NCBI GenBank assembly: GCA_963692865.2
Contig: OY843592.1
Span: forward strand, 3,392,001-3,456,000
DNA from: a bacterium
GTDB lineage: Bacteria > UBA8248
Length of the DNA: 64,000 nucleotides
Direction of reading: 5' to 3'
Shown piece by piece: positions 18,917 to 29,221 of the stretch; positions within the stretch are counted from its first letter, which is position 1; every line of letters starts with the position of its first letter. Under the pieces are notes generated by a model that saw nothing but the letters and a program-made list of their open reading frames with translations, was not told where the DNA came from and searched no databases. Both the position numbers and the translations under genes were made by a program.

Positions 18917-19031
18917 TTATCCACAGAAAAACACAACATTTGGTGATAACGTGTGGGTAACCTCATATATTTTGTGTATATTCGTTTTTGGGGTATTGAC
19001 AGACGGGGGCAAAGCATACTACATTTAGTGG
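18917..19031 (+). promoter_or_regulatory. nrdJ promoter: two DnaA boxes, three NrdR-like boxes, -35/-10
   Basis: TTATCCACA 18917-25; TGTGGGTAA 18952-60; ACACAACATTTGGTGA 18931-46; CTCATATATTTTGTGT 18962-77; ATACTACATTTAGTGG 19016-31; TTGACA 18996 with TACATT 19020. Confidence 0.75.
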
Positions 19032-19100
19032 CACGGCTTGATTTCGTCATACCAAATGTATCCCCACCACGGCGGGGCGCTCTTGCGGAGGAGGCTGGCA

Positions 19101-22100
19101 GTGGAGTTTGAGAGGCATTTCACCCGGGACGGAGATGAAGCATACCGCGGCATCCGCTTCGCGCCGCGCGCCTCGCGCATCACCAACCCGGACGGCTCGG
19201 TCGTCTTCGAGGCGAAGGACATCATGGCGCCGGAGAACTGGTCCCAGGTGGCCGTCGACATTCTGGCGCAAAAATACTTCCGAAAAGCCGGCGTCCCCGC
19301 CCATTCGAAAAAAATTCCCGAAGACGGCGTGCCCGAGTGGCTCCAGCGCTCGGAGCCGGACACGGAGAAACTCGAGTCCCTGCCCGAGGAAGAGCAATTC
19401 GGATGCGAGCGAGACGCCCGGGACGTTTTCCACCGCATGGCGGGGTGCTGGACGTATTGGGGCTGGAAACACGGCTATTTTCATACCGAAGAAGACGCCA
19501 AGGCGTTTTACGAGGAGCTTTTATACATCCTGGCAAGCCAGATGGCGGCTCCCAACTCGCCGCAGTGGTTCAATACGGGCCTCCACTGGGCCTACGGCAT
19601 TACGCGCCCCGCACAAGGCCATTTCTATTGCGACCCCGAAACCGGGGAAATACGCCGCTCCACCAACGCTTATGAGCGTCCCCAGCCCCATGCGTGCTTC
19701 ATACAATCGGTGAGAGACGATCTCGTCAACGAGGGCGGGATCATGGACCTATGGACGCGCGAGGCGCGCATCTTCAAATACGGCTCGGGAACCGGCACGA
19801 ATTTCTCGAGCCTGAGGGCGGAAGGCGAATCCCTCTCGGGAGGCGGAAAAAGCTCCGGCCTGATGAGTTTCCTCAAGATTGGGGACCGCGCCGCCGGCGC
19901 CATCAAGTCGGGCGGCACGACGCGCCGGGCGGCGAAGATGGTCACGCTCGACATCGACCATCCCGACATCGAGGAATTCATCAACTGGAAGGTGAATGAA
20001 GAACAGAAAGTAGCCGCCTTGGTATCAGGCAGCAAGATGTGCAACCGGCATATGAACGCCATTCTCGGAGCTTGTCTCGAGGGGAAGAACCTGGGCTTGA
20101 ACGGCACCTTCCACCAGCCGGACAAGAACCCATCACTCGCCAAGGCGGTACGCGCCGCCAGATTCGCCGGCGTTCCGGACAACTACATTCATCGCACCCT
20201 TCAACTCGCGCGACAAGGCGTCACCGAAATCGAGTTCGAGGAATTCGACACGAATTGGGAGGGCGAGGCCTACACTTCGGTATCCGGGCAAAACTCAAAC
20301 AATTCCATACGCGTATCAGACGGGTTCATGAAAGCCGTCGAGAAAAACACGGATTGGAGCCTGATTCGGCGCACCGATGGGGAAATCGCCGGCTCCGTCA
20401 GCTCCAAAGAGCTTTGGGATCAGATTGGATATGCGGCGTGGTGTTGCGCAGACCCCGGCCTCCAATTCGACACGACCATCAACGACTGGCACACGTGCGC
20501 CACCGATGGACGCATCAACGGCTCTAATCCCTGCTCCGAATACATGTTCCTCGATGACACCGCATGCAATCTTGCGTCGATGAACCTCATGAAATTCCTG
20601 GATACCGAAAAGAACCATTTCCAGATAAAAGACTACCGCCACGTTATTCGGTTATTAACGGTCGTCCTCGAGATTTCAGTGCTCATGGCGCAATTCCCCA
20701 GTGAAGAAATAGCCAAGCGCTCACATGAATACCGAACCCTGGGGCTTGGATACGCCAACCTCGGCACTGTTTTAATGGTTCTCGGTATTCCTTACGATTC
20801 GCCGGAAGCGGAAGCATGGTGCGGCGCTCTCACATCCATCATGACTGGCTGCTCGTACGCCACCAGCGCCGAGATGGCCGGAGAACTAGGCGCTTTCGCA
20901 AGGTACCAGGACAACCAAGAGCATATGTTGCGAGTTCTGAGAAACCACCGCCGAGCAGCTTATTCAGTGCCTGAAGCCGAATACGAAATGCTCTCGAAAA
21001 CACCAAAAGGAATCGTTGCCGAAATCTGTCCCCACTATCTTCTCCAAGCGGCACGAGAGGCATGGGATGACGCGTTGGCCATCGGCTACCGAAACGGTTA
21101 CCGGAATGCGCAAGCCACCGTCATCGCGCCGACGGGCACCATCGGCCTGGTGATGGATTGCGATACAACGGGAATCGAGCCGGATTTCGCTTTGGTGAAA
21201 TTCAAAAAACTGGCCGGAGGCGGTTATTTCAAGATCATCAACCAGTCTGTTCCTCTTGCCTTACGGCATCTGGGCTATGACGACGAAGAGATACGCGAAA
21301 TCGTCGCCTACTGCCGAGGGCGCGGCACCCTCACGAATGCGCCTCATATCAATCCAGAATCTCTGCACGCAAAAGGATTTACCAGCAAGACCCTCGAAAA
21401 GGTGGAAGCCGCGCTTGAAGGGGCGTTTGAAATTCAGTTCGCCTTCAACAAATACTCCCTAGGTGAAGACTTCTGCCGTGAGCAATTGGGGCTCGATGAA
21501 GCGCAAATCGCCGACTGGAATCTGAATCTGCTCGAAGCCATCGGTTTCACTCCGGAACAAATAACCGAAGCGAATGATTTCGTTTGCGGCAAAATGACGC
21601 TCGAGGGCGCACCCAATCTAAAAGAAGAGCATCTGGCTGTTTTCGATTGCGCGAGCAAATGCGGGCGCGAAGGCAAGCGCTTTATCAGCCCCTTGGCGCA
21701 TGTTCGGATGATGTCGGCGGCGCAGCCTTTCATATCGGGCGCCATCAGCAAAACCATCAACATGCCCGTTGAATCGACGATTCAAGACATATTGGATATC
21801 TATCATGAATCGTGGCAACGGATGACCAAAGCCATTGCGATTTACCGTGACGGCTCGAAACTAAGCCAACCGCTTTCCGCGCAAAGCGAGGCGGAACTCT
21901 TTTGTGATGTCGGCGAGGAAGAAACAACTTCCCAAAGCGCTCCGGTTCACGTAGCCCAACAGATCGTGCGCCGGATTATTTACCAATCCAGAAGACGCAA
22001 GTTGCCCACCCGCCGTGGTGGATACACGCAAAAAGCCGTCATCGGCGGGCACAAAGTGTATCTTAGAACCGGCGAGTACGAAGATGGTTCTATCGGCGAA

Positions 22101-22691
22101 ATTTTCATAGATATGCACAAAGAAGGCGCCGCTTTCAGAAGCCTCATGAACTGTTTCGCCATCGCAATTTCGCTGGGACTCCAGCACGGCGTTCCCCTGG
22201 ATGAATTTGTGGACGCCTTCGTCTTCACGCGCTTCGAACCCGGGGGCATGGTCTCGGGCAACCCGCACATCAAGATGAGCACATCCATCATCGATTACAT
22301 CTTCCGTGAGTTGGCGGTTTCATATCTCGGACGCCACGACCTTGCGCAAGTCGTTTTGGAGGATCTGAGAAGCGACACCATTGGGCGCCCACAGGAAGAG
22401 ATTCCCGAATTCGACGCCGAGGAAGAAGAAGCGATTCAAACCGTATTTCCAGGAGCGGATACGAGCGCACCACGCAGTGACCGGGTAAGTTTGAACTATG
22501 AAAAAGAATCCGCCCACGCTTCCCTGACGCCGGTAACAGAAACAGGTTCCGCTCTCGATTCACGTATCGAAGAAGCCCGCGCCAAAGGTTACGAGGGTGA
22601 GGCATGCAGCGATTGTGGTTTGTTCACCTTGGTAAGAAACGGCACCTGCCTGAAATGTATGACATGTGGCGCGACGAGTGGATGCTCTTGA
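19101..22691 (+). CDS. nrdJ: Vitamin B12-dependent (class II) ribonucleotide reductase with C-terminal TSCPD domain
   Basis: [34 protein letters not shown]-terminal CxxC..[11 protein letters not shown]; GTG after GGAGGAGG. Confidence 0.96.
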   Translation: MEFERHFTRDGDEAYRGIRFAPRASRITNPDGSVVFEAKDIMAPENWSQVAVDILAQKYFRKAGVPAHSKKIPEDGVPEWLQRSEPDTEKLESLPEEEQFGCERDARDVFHRMAGCWTYWGWKHGYFHTEEDAKAFYEELLYILASQMAAPNSPQWFNTGLHWAYGITRPAQGHFYCDPETGEIRRSTNAYERPQPHACFIQSVRDDLVNEGGIMDLWTREARIFKYGSGTGTNFSSLRAEGESLSGGGKSSGLMSFLKIGDRAAGAIKSGGTTRRAAKMVTLDIDHPDIEEFINWKVNEEQKVAALVSGSKMCNRHMNAILGACLEGKNLGLNGTFHQPDKNPSLAKAVRAARFAGVPDNYIHRTLQLARQGVTEIEFEEFDTNWEGEAYTSVSGQNSNNSIRVSDGFMKAVEKNTDWSLIRRTDGEIAGSVSSKELWDQIGYAAWCCADPGLQFDTTINDWHTCATDGRINGSNPCSEYMFLDDTACNLASMNLMKFLDTEKNHFQIKDYRHVIRLLTVVLEISVLMAQFPSEEIAKRSHEYRTLGLGYANLGTVLMVLGIPYDSPEAEAWCGALTSIMTGCSYATSAEMAGELGAFARYQDNQEHMLRVLRNHRRAAYSVPEAEYEMLSKTPKGIVAEICPHYLLQAAREAWDDALAIGYRNGYRNAQATVIAPTGTIGLVMDCDTTGIEPDFALVKFKKLAGGGYFKIINQSVPLALRHLGYDDEEIREIVAYCRGRGTLTNAPHINPESLHAKGFTSKTLEKVEAALEGAFEIQFAFNKYSLGEDFCREQLGLDEAQIADWNLNLLEAIGFTPEQITEANDFVCGKMTLEGAPNLKEEHLAVFDCASKCGREGKRFISPLAHVRMMSAAQPFISGAISKTINMPVESTIQDILDIYHESWQRMTKAIAIYRDGSKLSQPLSAQSEAELFCDVGEEETTSQSAPVHVAQQIVRRIIYQSRRRKLPTRRGGYTQKAVIGGHKVYLRTGEYEDGSIGEIFIDMHKEGAAFRSLMNCFAIAISLGLQHGVPLDEFVDAFVFTRFEPGGMVSGNPHIKMSTSIIDYIFRELAVSYLGRHDLAQVVLEDLRSDTIGRPQEEIPEFDAEEEEAIQTVFPGADTSAPRSDRVSLNYEKESAHASLTPVTETGSALDSRIEEARAKGYEGEACSDCGLFTLVRNGTCLKCMTCGATSGCS

Positions 22692-22700
22692 AATAACTTA

Positions 22701-22996
22701 CCCGTCGTGGGGGAAACGGGCGGACTCTGCGACGGGACGAGAGTCGGGGGAGAATCCTCGGTGGGTTGTCCCCCGACTCTCACCAAAAATGGAATTTTAG
22801 CGAATTCTCTTGCTGCGGGGGAAACGGGCGGACTCTGCGGCAGGACCGGGAGCCGAGGATAATACACCTCGGGGGTTGAGTCCTTGGCTCCCACTATTAA
22901 GTTGAATAAGGTTCCCTGCTGCGGGGGAAACGGGCGGACTCTGTGGCAGGTCGAGAGCCGGTGAAGTCTCCTGGGGGGAGTTCTTCATCGGCTCTC
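22701..22996 (+). ncRNA. Tandem array of three two-hairpin structured RNA-like units (~107-nt period)
   Basis: Invariant GGGGGAAACGGGCGGACTCTG at 22709, 22817 and 22923; stems differ between copies but keep pairing; G-U pairs favour the + strand. Confidence 0.65.
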
Positions 22997-23006
22997 CCTT
23001 TCCCGC

Positions 23007-23035
23007 TTGACACCCGGAGTTCCTTCGCCTACCTT
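23007..23035 (+). promoter_or_regulatory. Sigma70-type promoter of the tRNA gene
   Basis: TTGACA-17 bp-TACCTT, 13 nt before the tRNA. Confidence 0.7.
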
Positions 23036-23048
23036 CAAGTTCCTTTGT

Positions 23049-23124
23049 GGGGGTGTAGCTCAGATGGGAGAGCGCGTGGATCGCACCCACGAGGTCAGGG
23101 GTTCGAATCCCCTCACCTCCACCA
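23049..23124 (+). tRNA. tRNA-Ala(CGC)
   Basis: 76-nt cloverleaf; G3-U70 pair; anticodon arm CGTGG-AT CGC AC-CCACG; GTTCGAATC; encoded CCA. Confidence 0.97.
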
Positions 23125-23141
23125 GCGCAATTTCCTGAAAT

Positions 23142-23996
23142 TCAATCCCACACGTCAAGCATAGCGAGAGCCGCCTCTCGCGTCCTCATCCCTTCTCGTA
23201 CTCCACGCTTTTCCGCCATCTCGTTCATGCATGAAACGACGCCGTCTTCCCATGTGCTCATCACATCACCAATGCGCGCGCTCATGGCTCCGACCGCCGC
23301 CACCGCAATCCCCTCTCGCGCCAGATAGGGAAAAGAAGCGATACCGGAATCATCTTTTCCCCGTCCCGCGTCATTCGCAATCACACCTCTAAGATTGAGC
23401 TTAATGACATGGGGGACGAGAGTGAGCCCGCAATGTGACGCTTGAATAAAAACATCATCTGGCCTTGGTTCCTGCATAGAGCGCAAGACGGGAATTCCCC
23501 ATGAGGCACGTATATTACCATTCGGAAATTGCTCTAGTTCATATATTCTATCATCTAGGCTTTCTTCGACAATCACTTTCCGTCCTTCTTCGGCATCGAG
23601 CAAATAATCCGATGCCTCAGCAATGGACTGACCAATTTCAACACCAAGAGTTTGCGCTACTTGATTCGCATGGCCGACTACGCCTTCATAAACAGATTTT
23701 CCTACGGCGAGTCTGGCGGACATGGTCTCACACGCCACTGCAGGCACGTGATAATTCTGAGCCAAGTGAAGACCGCTGATCCCTGCATCGTCCTTTCCAA
23801 CTCCTGCAGCATGGGCAATAATTGCCCTCACCCCTAACCGCATTGCCCAGGCAATCGTCATTCGTGCAGCGTAAGAACCCGCAACGAGAACGTCCCTTCT
23901 CCCAACCTTCTCGCCAAAATACGTCATCGAATCCGCCGAAAGAATACGGCCGCGCACGTCTTCATCATGAATCGTCTGTTCATCCATCGTCATCAT
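23142..23996 (-). CDS. Hypothetical protein with an internally duplicated domain
   Basis: Two copies of (GS/AS)x...(A/D)AGxGKDDxGI...MSAR(L/I)...N.xA..xGV. Confidence 0.75.
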   Translation of the reverse strand: MMTMDEQTIHDEDVRGRILSADSMTYFGEKVGRRDVLVAGSYAARMTIAWAMRLGVRAIIAHAAGVGKDDAGISGLHLAQNYHVPAVACETMSARLAVGKSVYEGVVGHANQVAQTLGVEIGQSIAEASDYLLDAEEGRKVIVEESLDDRIYELEQFPNGNIRASWGIPVLRSMQEPRPDDVFIQASHCGLTLVPHVIKLNLRGVIANDAGRGKDDSGIASFPYLAREGIAVAAVGAMSARIGDVMSTWEDGVVSCMNEMAEKRGVREGMRTREAALAMLDVWD

Positions 23997-24108
23997 ATTT
24001 TCTTTCGCAAAGCGTGAAGCAAAATGGGTATATTGCAGATATGCCAGATGAAAAAATCGCCCGGCTGATATCTCAACCGGGCGTTGAATGATTTTCTCCT
24101 GCCAGAAG

Positions 24109-24276
24109 CTAGTAATCAGCAGGAGCAATTCCCCCTTCGCCGTCACTCAAAAAAGAGAAATCGACACTTTCATCGTCGTCAGACACATCATAATCCAAAT
24201 CCGTTGGCAATACGTCTCCAGACTCAGCAAAAAACTCATGGTCCAAGACAACATCACTTTCATTGAACTCGATCAT
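24109..24276 (-). CDS. Possible small acidic protein
   Basis: D/E-rich 55-aa frame after GAGGAAG; no recognised motif. Confidence 0.3.
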   Translation of the reverse strand: MIEFNESDVVLDHEFFAESGDVLPTDLDYDVSDDDESVDFSFLSDGEGGIAPADY

Positions 24277-24544
24277 TTCTTCCTCATCCCATGGGCGGTT
24301 CGATACGAATTTGCCTGGGTTTCGCCACAGGCGACACCACAAAGCGCGGGAGTATACAAAAATCATCAAAAAAAGCAACACTTTTTTATGTATAAGTTCT
24401 TATTTTTCAACTGATAAAAGAGGGAATGAGCTTCAGATAACCTTGGATAGAACTTGCATGGCCCCGCACGCGCATAAGCACAAAGAGCCTACACCAAATG
24501 AGAAAATGCTCGCTCGAAAAATGGTTAGACGAGAAGGTCTGTTT

Positions 24545-25210
24545 CTACGCCATGTCTTCCGCTTGAAATTCGATTCGACCCCCAGGTGGTTCCACCACCA
24601 AGTGAAGCGCCTCGGCCAGTCTTCCGGAAAGATGCCACATGCCACAAATAAAAGTGAGTTCCACTATCTGCCTATTTGAAAAGTATTTTTTCATCTCACT
24701 AAACGCGAAATCGTTATGCTTCGCCGTTAACTTCGAAACCTCATCCGCCCAGCGGATAACGGCTTTTTCCTTATCATCAAACAAATCGCTGTCTTTCCAA
24801 TTATCGCTTTCCAACAGATTGATTTGATCCTGCGTAAGACCCAGAGCTCGACCGAGCTCCACGTTGTGCCCGATTCAGTTGTTACACTCCGTCAATATCG
24901 CCGTTTTGACGATGACGAGCTCCATGAGTCGGATGTAATCGGACTCCGTCTTCAATCGATTCGTACGGAGCTTTTGGTCGAGCAACATCCATGCTTCCAT
25001 GGTAGGAGGAGCATTTGCCAAAAGCTGCAAAAAGCGCGGGACGGTACCCCACATCCGCTTCGACCAATCGTAAAGTGGAGCGAGTTCCTCCTTGAGCTCC
25101 TCAGGAACATTTTCAGGATCAACAAAAGGTAGTCTCGGCAATGGGCACGCCATCATCTCTTCGGTCACGCCCAGACTATCCGGTAAACTTGTTCCTTCGT
25201 CCACAGGCAT
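24545..25210 (-). CDS. AhpD/carboxymuconolactone decarboxylase family selenoprotein (UGA=Sec, CxxU)
   Basis: ORFs 24875-25210 and 24545-24862 are in frame across one TGA (24875-77), giving ELVIVKTAILTECNN-U-IGHNVELGRALG; SECIS-like hairpin follows. Confidence 0.85.
24843..24860 (-). promoter_or_regulatory. Bacterial SECIS-like hairpin
   Basis: GGAGCUC-GGUC-GAGCUCU with apical loop 22-25 nt after the UGA. Confidence 0.7.
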
Positions 25211-25232
25211 TGGATTCTCCTTGAAAAGTGAT

Positions 25233-27482
25233 TTATACGCTGTTCGCAGCCAGAGCTTCTCGAATATGGTGCGGGCCAACAGGCAATGAGAAAATGGGCG
25301 TTCCGACGGCATCTTGTATAGCATTCACTATCGCAGCCGCAGTCGCCACAATGGGTGGTTCACCTACACCTCGCATCCCGTAAGGCGTACCCTCGGCCGG
25401 GTTGTCATACAAAACGGTTTTCAGCTCGGGCATATCCATGCTGGTAGGTATCAGATATTCGTGGAAAGTATCGCCGTGCAAATTCCCATCCGGACGCCGG
25501 GGCTGCTCTTCCATGAGGGCTAATCCAAGTCCCTGGATCATGGCGCCTTCAATCTGACCTACCACGGACAATGGATTGATGGCGAATCCCACATCCTGCA
25601 CGCATGTAAGGCGCAAAACCCTGATTTCTCCGAGTTCGGGATTTACAGCTACATCCGCTATCTGTCCGGTATGTATCGGACATGGAGGCGGCTTTGCGCT
25701 TTCGCCTTGTCCAATCAAAAATCCCTGAATTTCAGGCGCCGCCTTGGCCACCTGCGCAAGTGTCAGGGCACGCTCGGGCGCCGAAGCCACTTTGACTTGA
25801 CCGTCTTCCAGAATCAGGTCGTCGGCAGCGGCTTCGAGTTTTATACTCGCCACATTCAATATTTTGTTTCGCAAATCGCGCGCGGCGCTCAATGTAGCCA
25901 TTCCCACCGCACGCGTCGCTTTACTGCCCGATGCCGCCGATGACTCAGGAACTGAATCCGTGTCACCGTTCGTGTAGCGCACTTCATCCAAACCTACGCC
26001 CAACTCCTCGGCGGCTAGTTGGCATATGGAAGTACTCATACCCGTGAGATTCACCGTTCCCGATATCACTTGCACGGTGCCGTCTTGATTCAGGCGAACC
26101 GTGCAACTGGACGCCTCTCCCGGTCCCGGCCAATATCCACAAGCAATGCCGCGGCCGAGTTGCCAGCCATCTCCCTCAAGCTCTCCGCTAACCTCAACCT
26201 TTTCCCCCCAATTCCCTTCTACGGCCGTTGAATCGAGCACACTACGCATGGATGGGTTTTGCTCCTTTCCAGCCAGTGTTTCATCCCCCGGCTGAAGCGA
26301 ATTGATTCGTCTAATCTCGAGTGGGTCAATCCCCAACTCACGCGCGATGATGTCCATCTGCACTTCGGTGGCAAAGTGGTATTGGGGACCGCTCGGCGCA
26401 CGCACGGGACCACACACAGGACCATTGGTATAGACCGTACATGCGCGAATCCTGACGTTGGGAATGCGATATGAGGATGAGCCCATCAGCATCTTGCTGC
26501 TGCATTGGAACGGCGCGCCTCGGCCGTATGCTCCATGATCCATTGTCACATCAAGCTCACGAGCTACAAACGTACCGTCATTCTTCACCGCTGTGCGTAT
26601 GGTGATGAAATGGGGGTGTCTCGGATTTACTCCGATATGATCTTCTTCACGGGTCATCTCCATGCGCACGGGCTGATCTGTCTTCAAAGCCAAAAGAGCG
26701 GCGATATGCTCATAAGTGCTCTTGAGCTTTGCGCCAAACCCACCGCCGATTTCAGTAGGAATGACACGAACTTGCGTCGCCGGAAACCCAAGCGCCTCGG
26801 CCACATCCGCACGAATGGCCCACGCATCCTGCGTGGTTGTCCAGATGGTGACTTTCCCGTCGGCGCCAGCCTCGGCAACGCATGCGTGAGGCTCGATATA
26901 GCCGGCATGGACGAACGGCGTGGAAAAAGTATGCTCAAAAATGCGATCCGCTTCTTCGTATCCGGCATCGACATCTCCAATTTCTTTTTCAAAGCGAGCA
27001 ATGATGTTTTTATCCGCATTCGGCCCAAGTCCCAATTCTCGCCAATCTTCATGAACGGCAAGACCCTTGCCGGCCCGGCTGTCCAAGCCGTTGACTATCG
27101 GTTCTAATACATCATATTCCACACGAATCGACTTGATGGCAGCTTGGGCGGCATCCATGTTCTCTGCGGCCACGGCAGCCACCGGTTCTCCGCCGTAGCG
27201 AACAAAACCGTCCTGTGCAAACCAACTCTGATCCTTGATGTTGGCGCCGAACCGAATGCGAGGAGCTTCATCTCGCGTCATGACTGCACGAACGCCAGGT
27301 AACTTCCGCGCCTCGGTCGCATCCACCCTTTTCACTTTCGCATAGGGATGCGGGCTGCCCAAGACCAGCCCGATAAGTGCGCGGCCCGATGGGACATCAG
27401 CCGCATATTTGGCGCTTCCAGCTACTTTATCCGGGGCATCGATTCGTGTGAGGCCTATACCCGCCACTTTATAGTCTGTCAT
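25233..27482 (-). CDS. Xanthine dehydrogenase family molybdopterin-binding large subunit
   Basis: RIDAPDKVAG, GYIEPH, IGGGFGAK, RAPSGPQ, GQIEG, GVGEPP. Confidence 0.93.
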   Translation of the reverse strand: MTDYKVAGIGLTRIDAPDKVAGSAKYAADVPSGRALIGLVLGSPHPYAKVKRVDATEARKLPGVRAVMTRDEAPRIRFGANIKDQSWFAQDGFVRYGGEPVAAVAAENMDAAQAAIKSIRVEYDVLEPIVNGLDSRAGKGLAVHEDWRELGLGPNADKNIIARFEKEIGDVDAGYEEADRIFEHTFSTPFVHAGYIEPHACVAEAGADGKVTIWTTTQDAWAIRADVAEALGFPATQVRVIPTEIGGGFGAKLKSTYEHIAALLALKTDQPVRMEMTREEDHIGVNPRHPHFITIRTAVKNDGTFVARELDVTMDHGAYGRGAPFQCSSKMLMGSSSYRIPNVRIRACTVYTNGPVCGPVRAPSGPQYHFATEVQMDIIARELGIDPLEIRRINSLQPGDETLAGKEQNPSMRSVLDSTAVEGNWGEKVEVSGELEGDGWQLGRGIACGYWPGPGEASSCTVRLNQDGTVQVISGTVNLTGMSTSICQLAAEELGVGLDEVRYTNGDTDSVPESSAASGSKATRAVGMATLSAARDLRNKILNVASIKLEAAADDLILEDGQVKVASAPERALTLAQVAKAAPEIQGFLIGQGESAKPPPCPIHTGQIADVAVNPELGEIRVLRLTCVQDVGFAINPLSVVGQIEGAMIQGLGLALMEEQPRRPDGNLHGDTFHEYLIPTSMDMPELKTVLYDNPAEGTPYGMRGVGEPPIVATAAAIVNAIQDAVGTPIFSLPVGPHHIREALAANSV

Positions 27483-27587
27483 TTCCACCTCAGAGAAAAT
27501 ATGGCTTAAACCATTGAATTTTATTTGTCATTCGACAATCTGTTATAGCTTTAACCAAGCAGTGTACAAATTTGATCGGCAATTTGC

Positions 27588-27989
27588 CTATTCTGGAACA
27601 TCTTGTGGCCTCACGCCATGAGTAGCCCTAATTTTTGTTTTGATATTTCCTCTCACGTTAAAATCGCCCTCAATCCACATCCACTTCGGCTCACAAACTT
27701 CAACCAGATCATCAAGAATGGTGCTGACCACTTGCTCATGAAATATTTCTCGATCCCGGTAATTATTGATGTAGAGTTTCAGGGATTTCAACTCCACTAT
27801 CTTATCTCCAGGAATGTATTTGATACGGATGGTGGCGAAGTCGGGAAAATTGCTGATCGGGCAAAGACACGTGAATTCGGGAATGGTGAAATCGACGATG
27901 TAATCCCGCTGTCCCGAGGGGTTGGGAACGGCTTCAAGCCTCGCCTCTGCGAGCATCTTCGCGCCGTACTTCATCTCGCCTTGAGACAT
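27588..27989 (-). CDS. queF: NADPH-dependent preQ0 reductase (type I)
   Basis: PEFTCLCP...PDFA, VELKSLKLY, FHE, FNVRG. Confidence 0.95.
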   Translation of the reverse strand: MSQGEMKYGAKMLAEARLEAVPNPSGQRDYIVDFTIPEFTCLCPISNFPDFATIRIKYIPGDKIVELKSLKLYINNYRDREIFHEQVVSTILDDLVEVCEPKWMWIEGDFNVRGNIKTKIRATHGVRPQDVPE

Positions 27990-27994
27990 TTTCG

Positions 27995-29095
27995 TTATTC
28001 TCCAGGGGTCAGATTCACAAGCAAGGCACCGTCCTTTCGTGCTACAAACGTATCATGCGCTTCTTGATATTCTTTTAGAGGGAATCGATGGGTAATGTAC
28101 GGATCCACATGCATTCTACCTGCGTGAATGAGCGCTAAAACCTCATCTCCACAATTGGGATTCGCTCGAACGCCGAAAATATCCATTTCCTCGAGCACGA
28201 CGCGTTTCCATGCCATATCAGGAATGTTTTCCGGTATGCCGGTAATGGCGACTCGCGCACCTTTGCCTCCACAATCGACACTCCACTTGAAGCTATCCGT
28301 GGTGCCAGCCGTCTCCAGCACTACGTCGGCTTTTTTCCCGCTCGTCATTTCATTTATACGTTCCGGCACGCCGCCGTCGCGGTAGCTGACAATTTCAGCT
28401 CCTTGTTCTCCCAAAATCTCGAGCCTTCTGCCACCGCCCACGACAATCACGCGTCCTGCGCCCAACGCCTTGGCGGATTCATACGCGAAAACGCCTATGG
28501 GGCCTGAACCCAATATCACGACCGTATCGCCCGGATTGATGCCTGCGCGCTTCGCCGTCCAGAGACCACAGCCAGCCGGGTCCACGGCCGACCCATGCTC
28601 AAACGACATTCCCTCGGGCATCTTGTGCAATGCGCGTATGTTGTTGACGACATACTCCGCATATGATCCTTGCGTAATATGTCCATATTGCCTGTGGCCC
28701 GTGACTGTATTCCCGTAATTATAGCAGAGGTTATAGCGGCCTATCAGACACATGCGACAGGCGCCGCATCCGGCATGGCTCGTCCCCGCAACGGCATCTC
28801 CCATCTTGAGACCGAACCCCATGGTCATCGGACCCATGGCCACGATTCTGCCGGACCATTCATGCCCCAAAATAGCCGGAAGCTGGGGCGGCCAGTTGGG
28901 GAGGTGACCGCCTTTGATGATCTCGATGTCCGTACCACAAATCGTGGTGCATTCCACTTTTACGAGCACTTCCCCGATGCCCGGTTCCGGAACGGGAACG
29001 GATTGTATTTCCAGATTTTCAGGCGCGGTCATCACGACCGCTTCCATCCTGTCTCCCACCTTTTCACCGTAGCGCACATCAAATTGTGAGGACAT
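27995..29095 (-). CDS. Zinc-binding (MDR) dehydrogenase
   Basis: ICGTD, LGHE, CGACRMC...C, GSGPIG. Confidence 0.92.
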   Translation of the reverse strand: MSSQFDVRYGEKVGDRMEAVVMTAPENLEIQSVPVPEPGIGEVLVKVECTTICGTDIEIIKGGHLPNWPPQLPAILGHEWSGRIVAMGPMTMGFGLKMGDAVAGTSHAGCGACRMCLIGRYNLCYNYGNTVTGHRQYGHITQGSYAEYVVNNIRALHKMPEGMSFEHGSAVDPAGCGLWTAKRAGINPGDTVVILGSGPIGVFAYESAKALGAGRVIVVGGGRRLEILGEQGAEIVSYRDGGVPERINEMTSGKKADVVLETAGTTDSFKWSVDCGGKGARVAITGIPENIPDMAWKRVVLEEMDIFGVRANPNCGDEVLALIHAGRMHVDPYITHRFPLKEYQEAHDTFVARKDGALLVNLTPGE

Positions 29096-29221
29096 AAAAT
29101 CTCGCTCTCCTTGGAGCATTGGTTTTCGTGATTAGAATCAATAATGAAAGCAACTATTTTCAAAATCGGATAACTACTTTCATGCAAGTAGTTCAAATCG
29201 ATAAAACTATGAAGCACAATA

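Noticed and set aside
18660-19031. Replication origin (A/T-rich GATAAA repeats plus DnaA boxes)
   Set aside because: Only two DnaA boxes, which nrd regulation explains; no dnaA/dnaN/gidA context
22701-22996. CRISPR array
   Set aside because: The period is ~107 nt, the intervening sequences are homologous hairpins rather than unique spacers, and no cas genes are present
23049-23124. tRNA-Ala as an island integration site
   Set aside because: No duplicated tRNA 3' end was seen, and the compositional shift starts upstream of the tRNA
25233-27482. Aerobic CO dehydrogenase CoxL
   Set aside because: No AYxCSFR active-site motif and no coxMS genes
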